From NCBI RefSeq assembly GCF_964355755.1, contig NC_092676.1, positions 21,098,871 to 21,162,870 of the forward strand: a stretch of DNA of 64,000 bases, given 5' to 3'. Made by a program: the position numbers and the translations under genes. Below are positions 30,268 through 42,342 of this stretch, piece by piece (the first letter of the stretch is position 1; the number at the start of each line of letters is the position of its first letter). Below the pieces are notes generated by a model, which saw nothing but the letters and a program-made list of their open reading frames with translations, did no database searches and was not told the origin of the DNA. This stretch comes from Antedon mediterranea. Lineage: Eukaryota > Animalia > Echinodermata.

Positions 30268-31269
30268 CTAGATGGCACGCTCGCTTCGCTCGCGTACCAT
30301 CTAGGGGTGCTCACAGATGGTTCTCGAATACAGTAGAATCCACGGACGGGGACTTTTTTGGGACACTAAACAAAAACGGAAGTGTCCCCCTAATTGGGGT
30401 ATTCAGAAATAGAGACAACAAAACCAATACTGGATTCCATAAAGGACAATTAATTTATGTGGATTAAAGAAATTAGGGAGAAATGGAAATGTATGTACGG
30501 GAATTGTGGGCGGCACGTGGTGGTGGTGATGGAACCGCAGTAATAAAGTTGATTGTATTTATATATTATAAGAACCAAACTAAATAAATAGACCTAGACA
30601 TTCTGCGAAATGGAAATCGGAAATGCAAGCTCCTATTCAGTGAAAAATTAAACTGTAGTCTACCTAAATATTTAGGGCAAATCATCGGTTGTGGTGTTGA
30701 AATTCCTGTAAACATTTGTGTGAACCAAACTGGGTCGAATTTCTGTCATGAGTACTGATTTGTTAGCCTGTGATTTATGACGCCTAAGGGATCTATCTAG
30801 ACTTATTTTTTAGAATAATGTACGTACCTGTCAGATACAATTGTCTTGTGTCGTATAATAAATAAGTACTGTAATAGTTACTGAAGTTACTATTACAATC
30901 TCGTCAATGAAAACACGAAAATGTATATGCGCTTACTTATGAAAACGTATACAGTATTATACTCAGTTATTGAAACAGTAGGTTTAAAAAAGTTTCGTTT
31001 GTCTGTAAAATGATGTAATCAAGCTGTTTACATGAGTCTTAATTTATAAGCACATAAACTACTTACATAGAAAGTAGGGTATCATAAATTTGGCCTTAGC
31101 ACTCGGGGGAGTGACTAAGATGAAGTCCGTGGGACTACTAAATATAAATTGTAATGAACCTCGAGGGACATAAATAGGAATATTTCATGTTTCATTATCA
31201 ATGTATAATAAATGGAAACTGTTTACCGATTCAAATAATAGAAATTGGTTTTTAACATTTTCCGAACCT

Positions 31270-31642
31270 ATTGCAAGTTTATTCTCAAAGGGCCCATATA
31301 TTTACCTACCGTATGTGTTAAACCAAGGGCTCATAAATTTACCTACAGTATTTGTGTTAAACCAAACTCTGGCAGACTGAGAGATTGGGATGTTCCATTC
31401 ATCGCAAATCAATACATTTGTATAATCGTATATTAAATCTATCAAAATAGTATTTTTTAAAGAAAATCGGCCTGTCTTCAACATTATGATGGTGTACTCT
31501 AGCAATCTATCAAAATAGTATTTTTTAAAGAAAATCGGCTTGTCTTCAACATTATGATGGTGTACTCTAGCTGTTCAACCGGTTTTCAGCTATTAAAAAC
31601 AATTATCGTAGGAGGAGATAGGAAAATGCGAAGCCTCCTCGC
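31270..31642 (+). repeat. Partial third copy of the duplication (near-identical to 32101-32406), with an internal ~65-bp tandem duplication
   Basis: Direct comparison; AATCTATCAAAATAG...GGTGTACTCTAGC occurs twice in tandem. Confidence 0.9.
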
Positions 31643-32680
31643 TATGTAACATTAGGGTTGAGGGATGGGAAAGCGGATAGGTACAAAGAGGAACAATTTT
31701 TAAATATATTCTTTATCCACTGAGTAACGAAAAATTTTGTTCATGTTTTATAGGCCTATAAATAATATACCTCTCTAAATACAGTAGGCCTAAAACATTT
31801 GCGATTTAATACTTTGTTAAAACTGTCACTGTCATAATCGATTGAAATATTAAAGTACATGTCACGATACACCACTACGACGTTTATATTTTTGGTAATT
31901 ATTAATTAATACAAACGTTGAGAAGGAACTGTCAGTATAAAGTTTATTTGTATATCTAACAGTAGAGCCTATCCACAGTCTCAGTAATAAAGTTTATTTG
32001 TATATATTTTTATATTACATCTAACAGTACGAACATTCACAGTAAGAAATGTTCGATTCAAATGAAAAATAGTTAATAGGTATTTACAGTATTGTCAAAG
32101 TATTGCAAGTTTATTCTCAAAGGGCCCATATATTTACCTACCGTATGTGTTAAACCAAGGGCTCATAAATTTACCTACAGTACTTGTGTTAAACCAAACT
32201 CTGGCAGACTGAGAGATTGGGATGTTCCATTCATCGCAAATCAATACATTTGTATAATCGTATATTAAATCTATCAAAATAGTATTTTTTAAAGAAAATC
32301 GGCCTGTCTTCAACATTATGATGGTGTACTCTAGCTGTTCAACCGGTTTTCAGCTATTAAAAACAATTATCGTAGGAGGAGATAGAAAAATGCGAAGCCT
32401 CCTCGCATTTTTTTGGCGGGTATTTTTCAAGATGGACATCCATTAGACAGTGTATACCACGATCGGAAAACACCCCTATTTGGGGCAAATCGTTGAACCT
32501 AAATTCGTTTTAATCGTCAATAACTAATTATCTAACTCAATTTAATTAGTAAACAGGGTTACATCAGGCGGTTAAAATCAGTACCGAAAGTACGAACCAA
32601 CTTTACATACCATCGAGTGAAAATTCTAGAAGTAAGGCGCGATTTACCGAATTTTGCCCTTACGTAAATTTATATATAGA
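31643..32680 (+). repeat. Local ~1-kb direct duplication, copy B
   Basis: Colinear with 29250-30267. Confidence 0.9.
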
Positions 32681-34485
32681 TTACATCAGTTAGACCATTG
32701 TGTCAGAACAGTGTTCAACACAGTCAAGCAAAATTACGTAAAAAGTAGTAATTAATGAGTCTTTCTTTAAAATCACCCTGTGGGCATGCATTACGCATGA
32801 GCAAACGATTGTTTCCGTTTTTCAGAGTAGAGTATTCTTTCATTTTACTTAGCCTATTGCTACTTAATGGTGGTTTTAATTATTGTAAGTAAAATTCACC
32901 AACAATAGCGTAATGTTCAACATTGCATCTGTCGCACAGGGCCCGCTCGGGATTATTAATTTACCAACTAACATAGACCAACCTCAATCTAAACTATTGT
33001 GAATCTAAAACGAAAATGTAACCGATTTCTTATATTATTTAAATATTCGATTACAATAATCATAACAATAGGCCTAACAATAGTTTAACTGTCCTTAAAT
33101 TATTATTTAGTTACATTTTTGTGAATCTTTTTTTTATGTTTAATTGACCATACTTAGGGCCCATTGATTTGCTTACTTAAATTAAGTGACAACTTAACAC
33201 AGTTAATTTAGCAAATTTGTAAAAAGGTCATCATTTATGAAAAACTACGCATATTAGGCCTATTTAGTCACGCAACTACTTCATGGCTTATTAATACTTT
33301 TCGCATTACTTTAGGCCTATATCTTAATTGTTAATTACTCTTGGCCTTTACGGGTTACATTTAGTCTACTTTAGATTAAACTTTAAAACTTATTTAATTC
33401 ATAATGTTATGCTATTTCCTACTTTCAAATTAATTTTACCGTTTCTTTTTTTTTGCTGTGACGTAATTTAACAACAAATAAATTCATTTTAATGCAATGA
33501 TCTACTACCACACGCCTAACTTAGTGAAATAAAGTCATTCACTACTGCTTCTAGGATATTATTAATAGCACCGTATTTTTGCATTTTTTAAACAAATAAA
33601 CAAAGACGACAGCTTCCTAGATATTTAGTAACAAGAGAAAAATGAAACGGCAATTTAGTTCCACTAAAAGTTAACAATAAAACAGACTATTAGAGGGCGC
33701 TAAGTAGACTACTGAAGGGATTCATTCTGATATTCAGATTTGAAAAATCTAAAGTTAAAAATGATATAGTAAAATAATATATAATATTAATTTCTTCGTA
33801 TATAAATATAACTTTGTTTAAATCAATTGCTTTCGTTCAATTTAAAATGTCTATAATGATAAATCATCAGGAATAATTTAATTGTTTTTTGATGTGTTTT
33901 TCTCTGTACCTTATGTTTAACTGTTATGCACCTTTTGTTTCGTTCTGCCCTACACCCAAGCTGTGACCTGGGATGCATGTAATATTCTTATGTATTATTT
34001 TTTTAAATAAAGAATCATTTGATATATCAATCAAAAATAATACAACGTCTGCCAAAAGGCGGAAAAGTAGTATTTTACAATACAATTCATAAAAAAAAAG
34101 TTAAATTAGGCCTAAAGGTAAAAAAGTTACATCAGAGTAATTGAATGTATTTTTATTATTTTAAGAATAAACAAATGAATAAATACATTATTTATTTTAA
34201 ATCAATTACATTATAACAGAATGAATTATCACATTACATTATATTTAATTAAAGATATATTTAGGTTATACCTAATGATTTGTAATTGTATATAAATAAT
34301 ACTTGATTAACTTCCCGCAAATAGCATAATAACATCCAATAGCGAAAGTAATAACTTACCATAGGATAGTCGTTATTAAAACATACTCATCCGAATCTAT
34401 TTCTTCTGTCTTCTGTTATTCTAACAAGGCCAGATATTGACAGCGTTTCGACTCTAACACTGCACGATATTCATTCGCCCTGACA

Positions 34486-34497
34486 GATGACGTCATC
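34486..34497. promoter_or_regulatory. Palindromic CRE/bZIP site GATGACGTCATC upstream of the IGFBP-CUB gene
   Basis: Full TGACGTCA extended to a 12-bp palindrome, about 135 bp before the ATG at 34631. Confidence 0.4.
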
Positions 34498-34630
34498 AAC
34501 CCCACACGGTAACTTCTTTAGAGTTAACTGATAAAAGAGTAACTGTGTTGTTCTGAACATTATTGGTACCGGCCGGCTTCTTTTTATCTTCGATACCATT
34601 TTTCTTCTCATCCTGAGACAAGTTTTAAAT

Positions 34631-34677
34631 ATGCGTGTGAGATACGTTCTTGCTGTATTCGTGGCATTATTTATTTG
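34631..34677 (+). CDS. Secreted IGFBP+CUB-like protein (242 aa), exon 1: signal peptide MRVRYVLAVFVALFI(C)
   Basis: ATG, basic then hydrophobic stretch, donor TG|GTGAGT (phase 2), in frame with exon 2. Confidence 0.8.
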
Positions 34678-35299
34678 GTGAGTTGGCCTAGAGTTTCTAA
34701 ATTATTTTAAAACGCACCTTTTAATGAATAGGCCTGCAACGATATTTATAAGTATAAGTTTCTTTTCGTTTATCCAATTTGAATAGCTTTAAGTATAAAC
34801 ATAACTTACTACAGTACTACTACTTTCTCAAGTAGACTGTTTATCTTCTCGAATTGGATCAACAACAAATAAAGAAATTGAATATTTGAATCAAAGTGAA
34901 AATATCTTAAGTTAGGCGATTGTTTACAGTGTGATTAATATATAATAATATAATTTAAACATTGTGTGTAAGCTGGTAACATAGCTTATATTAGTTAGAT
35001 GTTTAATTACGTTTTAGACAGACTTGTTGAATATTGACTACAACCTCTAATGTATAGAACGTTCTTATTCTGAATTATTATCGAGAATAGAGTATCTATT
35101 CTACCTATCAGGCTTGATTGTTTACCCGGGTAAGTTGGTTTGGTCAGGCGGTATAATTATCGCTAACTTTGGTAAACTTTGGCTTACCGGGTAAAATAAG
35201 GCGTGGTGTCTAGGCGTACCGTATGTGTATTTAAGAGATCTATCTTTCTTTTTTATTAACCTGTTATAAAAGTCTCTGTTCCACTAATTGTATTTTCAG

Positions 35300-35444
35300 T
35301 TCTGAGTGTATGATATGTTTTTGTGGTAAAACACTGAAGGAAAAGAAGAAACTATGTAAAGGTTCTCCAACAAAGTCCAGCGAATGCCCGTTTGGAACCA
35401 ATTTAGTACCCGACGCATGTGGGTGTTGTCAAGAATGCTCTAAG
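35300..35444 (+). CDS. IGFBP+CUB-like protein exon 2: IGFBP domain first half (SECMICFCGKTLKEKKKLCKGSPTKSSECPFGTNLVPDACGCCQECSK)
   Basis: Acceptor TTTTCAG, IGFBP signature D-x-C-G-C-C-x-x-C, donor AAG|GTAAAA (phase 0). Confidence 0.9.
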
Positions 35445-35766
35445 GTAAAAATTGTTTATTTCTTATATCACTGTGTCTAACTACGCTGGATAGATTGTTG
35501 TAGGCCTACGCATTACCGTAGTAAAGTGTCTGTTGTTTTCGTCATCATCATATTCTTGCAACCCACAATGCTCTTTATTATCAACATCATCATCATCATA
35601 GGCCTACTAATTTATTCAATAAGCATCAACATGGCACTCCTCTAAACCAAATCCTCTCTTCATCGATTCATTTCGATCATCATCGTCCTTATCATCATTA
35701 CATCCTTTTTCTAGCATCGCCGTTCTAATCACTGTCTAACAACAGATCTATGTTTTGCCTTTGTAG

Positions 35767-35878
35767 AGATTGAATGAGCCATGTGGTAGCATGATGAGTG
35801 CGATGGGAAAATGTTCAAATGGTTTAATTTGTAGTTGCCGACCACCATTAAACACTGGATACTGCACTGTCCCACAAA
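35767..35878 (+). CDS. IGFBP+CUB-like protein exon 3: IGFBP domain second half (RLNEPCGSMMSAMGKCSNGLICSCRPPLNTGYCTVPQ)
   Basis: Acceptor TTTGTAG, pattern E-x-C-G...G-x-C-x-x-G-L-x-C...G-x-C, donor A|GTGAGT (phase 1). Confidence 0.9.
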
Positions 35879-36371
35879 GTGAGTACAGGGCATGGCATAG
35901 GAAATGGCTTTATGTGTAGTTACTAATATTTGGTAAAAGATAAATTTCTGACAAACGTGGTGATTCGCTGGTGGCGCTCGTAAAGGAATACTAAATATAT
36001 GAAAAAGAAACAAATAAAAGAGACTTGGGCATAATAATTGATAATTCTTCTGGTTGCTCACGAGCACCTAAAAGTAGTCGTAAAAGATTTAGGCCTACTC
36101 TACTACTGCTCGTATAGAAACAGAGAGGAGCTTCTCAAAACAGACACACAGATAACAACAGGGTACACCGCCATCTACAGTAAAGGTTTTACCAACTGTT
36201 ATGTTTCCTTTTAACAGCGCCCCCTTTCATGTATTAATACTATAAGCAGTAGACATATGAGAAGTCCTACAAAACCATAGATATTGTTTCATGTATTTTA
36301 CTAAATTAACAAATATGACCAATTAATTAAAACCATTTTATTTCTGGAAGCGTATTTGTTTTATTTTATAG

Positions 36372-36796
36372 CATGTGACTCCGTAAGGAAAGATGATACG
36401 CGGGGTTTTCTGACCCCAAGATTCAACAGTCACCATGAAAAGTGTCGCCAAAAGCTAATAGCGCCCTCCGATCAAGTTGTCCATCTCATGATCTACAAAG
36501 CCTCTGGTCTTGGATACGCTCAACAAGGCAGGACCTGCGTAACAAAACTCCAGATCATTGACTACACAGAACATTCAGGAAAGCAGATCACTGACGTATG
36601 CTCTAATCAGGAGGGTGGTTTTCCAATTAAGTTTAAGTCTTCTACGCGTAGGTTAGATATCGTTTTCATACAAGATGAACGTGGGTGTGGTTATTATGGA
36701 CCGTTTGATATGAACGCGAAGTACAGAGCCTCCTACGAGTTTGTACCAAGTGAAGGATCTGGTACAGATAGGCATAACTTGTCTATGATACCATAA
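36372..36796 (+). CDS. IGFBP+CUB-like protein exon 4 (terminal): divergent CUB-like domain
   Basis: Acceptor TTTATAG, phase 1, long open frame. Motifs C...GFLTP.F...C...LIAPSDQVVHL...C...LQIID...VCS...FKSSTRRLDIVF...YRASY parallel the CUB consensus. Stop TAA overlaps AATAAA. Confidence 0.85.
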
Positions 36797-37262
36797 ATAA
36801 AAGAAACACATAACTTGTATTTATAGATACAGGTATAGTCATAGTTTGGAGAAATTAATTTTGTATTTTGTTACACTTTATACAAAAAAAATTATATAGG
36901 TCTTGTATATTATTTTGAATAGTTTTCTACTATCTATATTTAGGCCTATTTAGGTAAAATTTAGGTATGATTATGTGATATCTGAATGTTTTTATGTTAG
37001 CTGTCAACGTTTATTGACAATAGACTGCTATATACTCAGTAAAGACGTATCTATCATAAATTGATTTAGCAGTTTATTTCGAATCTTTCTTTTAAGGGAA
37101 CCCTTTCGGAATCCAAAAAAGGAGAATGTCTCTCCTTGGTCGATTTCTACTGTATTACATTAAACCTTCCGTCTAGAATTCATACATTTACATTTAGGCC
37201 TACATTTCATTTAAAACTACTAAAACTAAAACTACGATATGTTTGAGTTTATTTTTTGATAT

Positions 37263-37490
37263 ATTTATTTATTCAACTTCCCACTAAAACTGTTAGGATC
37301 GGGACCAACAGGTGGTAAACACCTCTAAAAACGGTCCAGTCCCAATTGCACAGTGGCTGTGTGTGACAGTGGCTGTGTTTGTGTGGACTAGTACACCGGG
37401 GTAACCTCCTACTCGTCTCGAAAGATATACTAAATTTTTTAAAGTGCACATGAGCTATGTGTACACTTGACCTACGGTTTATAGTCCTTA
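37263..37490 (-). mobile_element. 5'-truncated copy of the Deu-like tRNA SINE
   Basis: Reverse complement of about 6342-6570. Confidence 0.85.
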
Positions 37491-38050
37491 TATAATGTAT
37501 AAGCATGTCAATCAATTGAGTCTAAATGTATGTTCCGTGAAGGTTTAATTACACACCTTTAAGTCCTACAGCTTGTACCTATGTCGGGGGATTAAACAAT
37601 TGTGAGAATCCAATTCAGTAGATCTCCAATGTAACACAGCAGAATGTTAGAAATGTTCGGTATTGCACGACCGAAATTGAATCTTCCGTTTGAGCTGCGT
37701 CTCAGTTTTCTAACAAACTCAATTTACCGTTCAAACGCTGACGCGTACGCAACAGGTAGTAACAAAAGCTTCGCACGATTTTTGATGACGTAGAAACAGC
37801 AACAGTCGTTCTGTGTATGCTACCGCGAGCAAGTTAAGATTCTAGCTGAGCTCGAAACAAATTCACACTGGGTATAATTCATGTTTAAACTGTGTTTAAT
37901 GTGCATCCATCCTGACAGATAGAAGGTGATAAGTATTTGATGGTACCGCTCATCTTACCAAATGATAGCGGACATGTCATAGATATGTTTGTATATTCAG
38001 TGACGATTTAGAAATAAATACAATGATAATACATAATGCATTAAGAGAAA

Positions 38051-38866
38051 AACAAGGCCAACAGCCATTAAGTCGCGTGCTACAATGCATAGTGATACCG
38101 GACCGACAGACAAACAGACCGACAGACAGACAGACCGACAGACAGACGGACCGACCGACATAGTGAACTATACTGACCGAAATTACAGAACATGTTTAAA
38201 AATGTTGAAATGTTTAAAAACATTTATATTTTTTTAATTTACACGTGCGTAGCCTGTCACTTTTGATGTGCTCGTATAACGTAATTTCGAGTTGAAAAGT
38301 AAGTCAAGAAAACAGAAATCGGGCAAAAAGAGTGCGTAATAACATTTAACGCGCAGTGCGCGCGCAAAAATCTGCGCACTCATGGCAATTTTGTAAACGC
38401 TTAAAATTGCCTGAAACGTACTCTTATTTCATCGAAAATAAATTTTGAAAATTTTAGGCGCGCGTACGCATGCGTTACATGCGCTACGCACGTACGCACG
38501 TTTATGCCCTGAAATTTATGAGTACCAAATTTTATTTAATTGTGATTCATGGTTGTTAAGATATGATTACAAACGTGATTTCGTTAAATCGTGCGTAGAC
38601 CGCGTAATTTTTTATTGCGCACCGTGAAAACATAACCACATCGATTCCTGGCCATAAGGAATATTCTGAGAAAAATTGATTTAGCTAGATTAAACTGATA
38701 TCAAGATAAGGTCATAAAGCGATAAAACGCATAGTGATACCGGACCGACAGACCGACAGACAGACCGACAGACAGACCGACAGATAGACCGACAGACAGA
38801 CAGACAGACAGACAGACCGACCGACCGACATAGTGAACTATAGAGTCGCTTCCACGCGACTAAAAA
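38051..38866 (-). mobile_element. DINE-1/HINE-like non-autonomous Helentron-type element
   Basis: Subterminal inverted repeats AGTCGCGTG (38071-38079) and CACGCGACT (38853-38861), hairpin AGTCGC-ttccac-GCGACT, duplicated core with (GACA/GACC)n microsatellite, small stem-loop at the other end, A/T runs at both flanks. Confidence 0.7.
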
Positions 38867-41116
38867 CAAAGAAAATGGAACATTATTATTTTCCCGTTTT
38901 CTTCATCCTTTCATCATTCTTTTAAGTTATGTTTATCGTCGCTTATTATTATTAGTATTATCATACTGTTATTATAACTTATTTTAAAACTTAATTTATA
39001 TTTTGTTTCGTCATCTTAATCGTCTTTGTCGAGTTAATATCGCCGTGGTTTTTTCCGTAGTATCGTCGTTACCGACAGATTGTAGCGATTCATCGTCGAA
39101 TCAGTATATCACACGTCTGGAGTCCTGTATTTTTACCTCCGTCTTCAGTTGTTCTTCATGTACTGTTATTTATACGGAACATACACCAATTATCATGTGT
39201 AAAAAAGGCCTAATGCAGTATATCTTTTATCTCAATTATTCAGAACATCCAATCTTGTACTTTTTAATAATTTTCGAGAATCGTAAAAATGCATTGAAAC
39301 GTTTACAAATGTCAATGTTCGATTTCGGGATACAATTTTTTTAGGCTTTCTTATCGACGAATCAAATAAAATTGATGATCGAGTCGGACCACCAATATGT
39401 ACTTGTTTTATTGTAGTACAGTGCTGTATTTTAATAATAGCTATACACTATTCAAAAACAATTTAAGAATTCCTTAGAATGTTATCTAATTGTAAAATCT
39501 TGATATAACTTTGTGGTATTTTACAAATGATTTAATTTAAATTTTGAATACAAACACTTCACTATATATAATGTGTAGTGATATGCGGATAATACAGAAA
39601 GCACGTACCAATTTTTTAGGTGCTGATTTAAATAATATAATTAGATAATTCTATTAAATCTAACGTTCGTTATCAGTTTACAAATATTGAATTGGCTAAA
39701 GAACTTCTAGTGCAATGTTTTGGTATGGAAATATGGTAACGGTTAGAATGATGTTGAAAACGAGTGTAATACATCACACCACGGTTTTGTCACGTCTTAT
39801 AATTTCAATATTTGATTTAATAACGAAAAGTAAGTTACCTTACTAATTAATTTTAGTATGTGTGTGTGGTGTGTTTGTTGCATACCGTACATCTTCTGAG
39901 GAAATATGAATGAATTTAAACACTCTCATGTTCACGTTTTTATGTCAGGAAGATTTTGATTAGCAACTTTTTAAGTCTTGGATCGTCGCAAACCGACAGC
40001 TGTTGTCGTTTTGTGGAAACACACAGTCACACAGTAACTGTATAATCACTAAAGTTTTTTATTTTGGACGCTCCATGTTTGTTATATATTGCATCATTCT
40101 TGTTTATGCTAATTATGTTATCCTATCAGATCTTAGTAGATGTCAAGCCATTGCAATAGGTGCACAGTCAACATCACATAAATAAGAATAACGTATACAC
40201 GAATTGATGTATTGATTCACACAATAGTCAAATTGAGGGCGTGCTCAGGTAGACAAACTTTATTTTTTACATTTAATATAATTTTATGTACATTTACCCA
40301 AAATCTACAAGCATGAGATAAAAATGTACACTTTGATTTAAACAAGAAACTATAATATAATTATATTTCAATGAAATAGTAATAAATAAATAATACAATT
40401 TTGAGAGAAATATAGTTTATTAGTAAGGCATGCCTATTGTAAATTCTTAAGACGATAACGTTATTAATTTCTAAAAACATTGGCCGAAAAATTGGGTAAT
40501 TGGTAAATTGTTGGAAGAGGCAGACATTATTTAGTCTTTGTAAGAACAAGCGCCAAATTATCAACAGTTAGCATGCGTATAATGACGAAAATCGATGCGA
40601 CAAACGTAGATTGCAAACGGTGTCATCGCTCACGTAGTCCTGACATGATTGTTTACATGCATTTCTTAATTCAGAGATAGGATGGATACTAAATGCGTGT
40701 TACGTTTACACTTTTTTGAATTACTATTTAATTCTATAAATAATTTTAATCACAAAAACATACCTCCACCCAATTACAAAAATATAACCATATGATTTTG
40801 CGATTCAGAAAAAAATATGTTCCTCAGAATAGAACAAGTATTTTAATTTATGCAATGTACGTAAATGTACTTAATCTTAACTCATAATTTCAACAAGCAA
40901 TTCTAAAGAACTGAAAGAAACCAATAGTCGCTCGAGCTTGGCATTGCTTCAATGCCGGTTCCGTTTAGTTGCGTGATCATGTCGGTCAACTGATTTAATT
41001 ACAATCCACCGTAGACAGACGTTTAGAAAACATTGTTTAACAAGATTATTTCAGCTGCATATACCAGTTTAATAGAAATGAAACCATTCCATTTCAAAAA
41101 CACTATTGTAGGTCTA

Positions 41117-41211
41117 TTACAAGAAAATATGATTTAGTCCATTTTCTCCATTTTCTGCGGAGAAATCAATCGGGAACATTGCTGTTGAAAACGTCTGCGC
41201 AAATATTGCAT
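41117..41211 (-). CDS. Single-IGFBP-domain protein exon 4 (terminal): (D)AIFAQTFSTAMFPIDFSAENGENGLNHIFL*
   Basis: Acceptor TTTTCTAG, phase-1 compatible, open to TAA. No domain support, so less certain than exons 2-3. Confidence 0.6.
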
Positions 41212-41409
41212 CTAGAAAATAAAACAATCAGTGTATGATTATATGTAAAGTCATTTATTGAAAATTGTTTGTGCGATCTTTAACTAAAACAGCAATCATG
41301 GTGTCCATCAAACCCCTAACCAAATTCTACTCATTAGCGACAGGATTGATAATCAATGTTTTACCAACTTTACGATGATGTAATGAATTATAAATGGTAC
41401 TATACCCAC

Positions 41410-41530
41410 CTTCATCTGTATCTTCGACACAAAGTCCAAACACGAAGTTTCCGAGACTGAAGCTACATTTCAAACCAGGTGAACACGCACCGAATAGATC
41501 ATTTGTACCTCCACAGACTTCGTTTTCAAC
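41410..41530 (-). CDS. Single-IGFBP-domain protein exon 3 (VENEVCGGTNDLFGACSPGLKCSFSLGNFVFGLCVEDTDE)
   Basis: Acceptor TTACAG, pattern E-x-CGG...G-x-C-x-x-GL-x-C...G-x-C, donor G|GTGGGT (phase 1). Homologous to 35767-35878. Confidence 0.9.
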
Positions 41531-42191
41531 CTGTAATTAACAAAATAAATACTTCGATATAAAGTACCATAGTAATAGATGTTTTAAAGAAGTAGTACAT
41601 AATTTGGTATATTTAGTTTTAGAAATTCCGAAATTTCTCGATATAAATAGCATGATTATTTCCACTTCCAAAACTTCAGTAAAATTTTAGATAATATAAA
41701 AAATACAAGTAGTGTTAGTTGAAGATAAAAGATAAAACAATAACAGTATTGATTTATTAATAATAATAATTACTAACTCCAGACTGTAAGGTTATCGCCA
41801 CCAGAGGTATGCGAATGATAATCGTAAAACAAACAAACACTTTCTTCCAATAGAATCAAACATTATTGTAAATTGAAATTGAATATTCGTTTGAGAGTAA
41901 TACAATATCTTCTGAAATCTAAAGAATGTGAAAGATTATATTTTTGGCCAGGTAAGTGTTCCATCGGGACTGGATCCGGGTTGTGAACACCAGGATATTC
42001 AGTGCTTGTCATCGCCAATAGTTGTCAATTATTAGCGTGACAAGAAGTGTTGAAAAGGGGGTTTCAGGAAGGGATCCGTGAACAACCTATGGTGGGTTGT
42101 TGTAGAGAAGGAGAACATTGTTCAAACCTGTTTGAATTTACTTACAATAATGTTTTGAAATAATGGCAAATAAACAGTGGACTCGGTTATA

Positions 42192-42342
42192 AAGCTCTGT
42201 CTAAACTATGTGACAAAAAATGTAATGTGCTCATAATGGACATGATGATGTCATATCATTACTATGTTTGGGCATATCACTACCATATCAGAGCACATCA
42301 CACCTTTTTTGTCAAACAAGTTTGATAGTGTAGACAGAGCTT
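42192..42342 (+). mobile_element. Small MITE-like element with TIR AAGCTCTGTCTA(C/A)ACTAT
   Basis: Ends AAGCTCTGTCTAAACTAT and ATAGTGTAGACAGAGCTT are inverted repeats; internal CATATCACTACCATAT repeats; three copies in the window. Confidence 0.75.

Noticed and set aside
31245-32316. Duplicated ORFs MLKTGRFSLKNTIL...
   Set aside because: By-product of the local duplication; the frame is not clearly preserved in the diverged copy A and shows no protein features.
35729-36067. 112-aa minus-strand ORF
   Set aside because: Antisense shadow of IGFBP exon 3, with a non-ATG start.
39003-39344. 113-aa ORF between the IGFBP genes
   Set aside because: Non-ATG start, no motif and no splice partners found.
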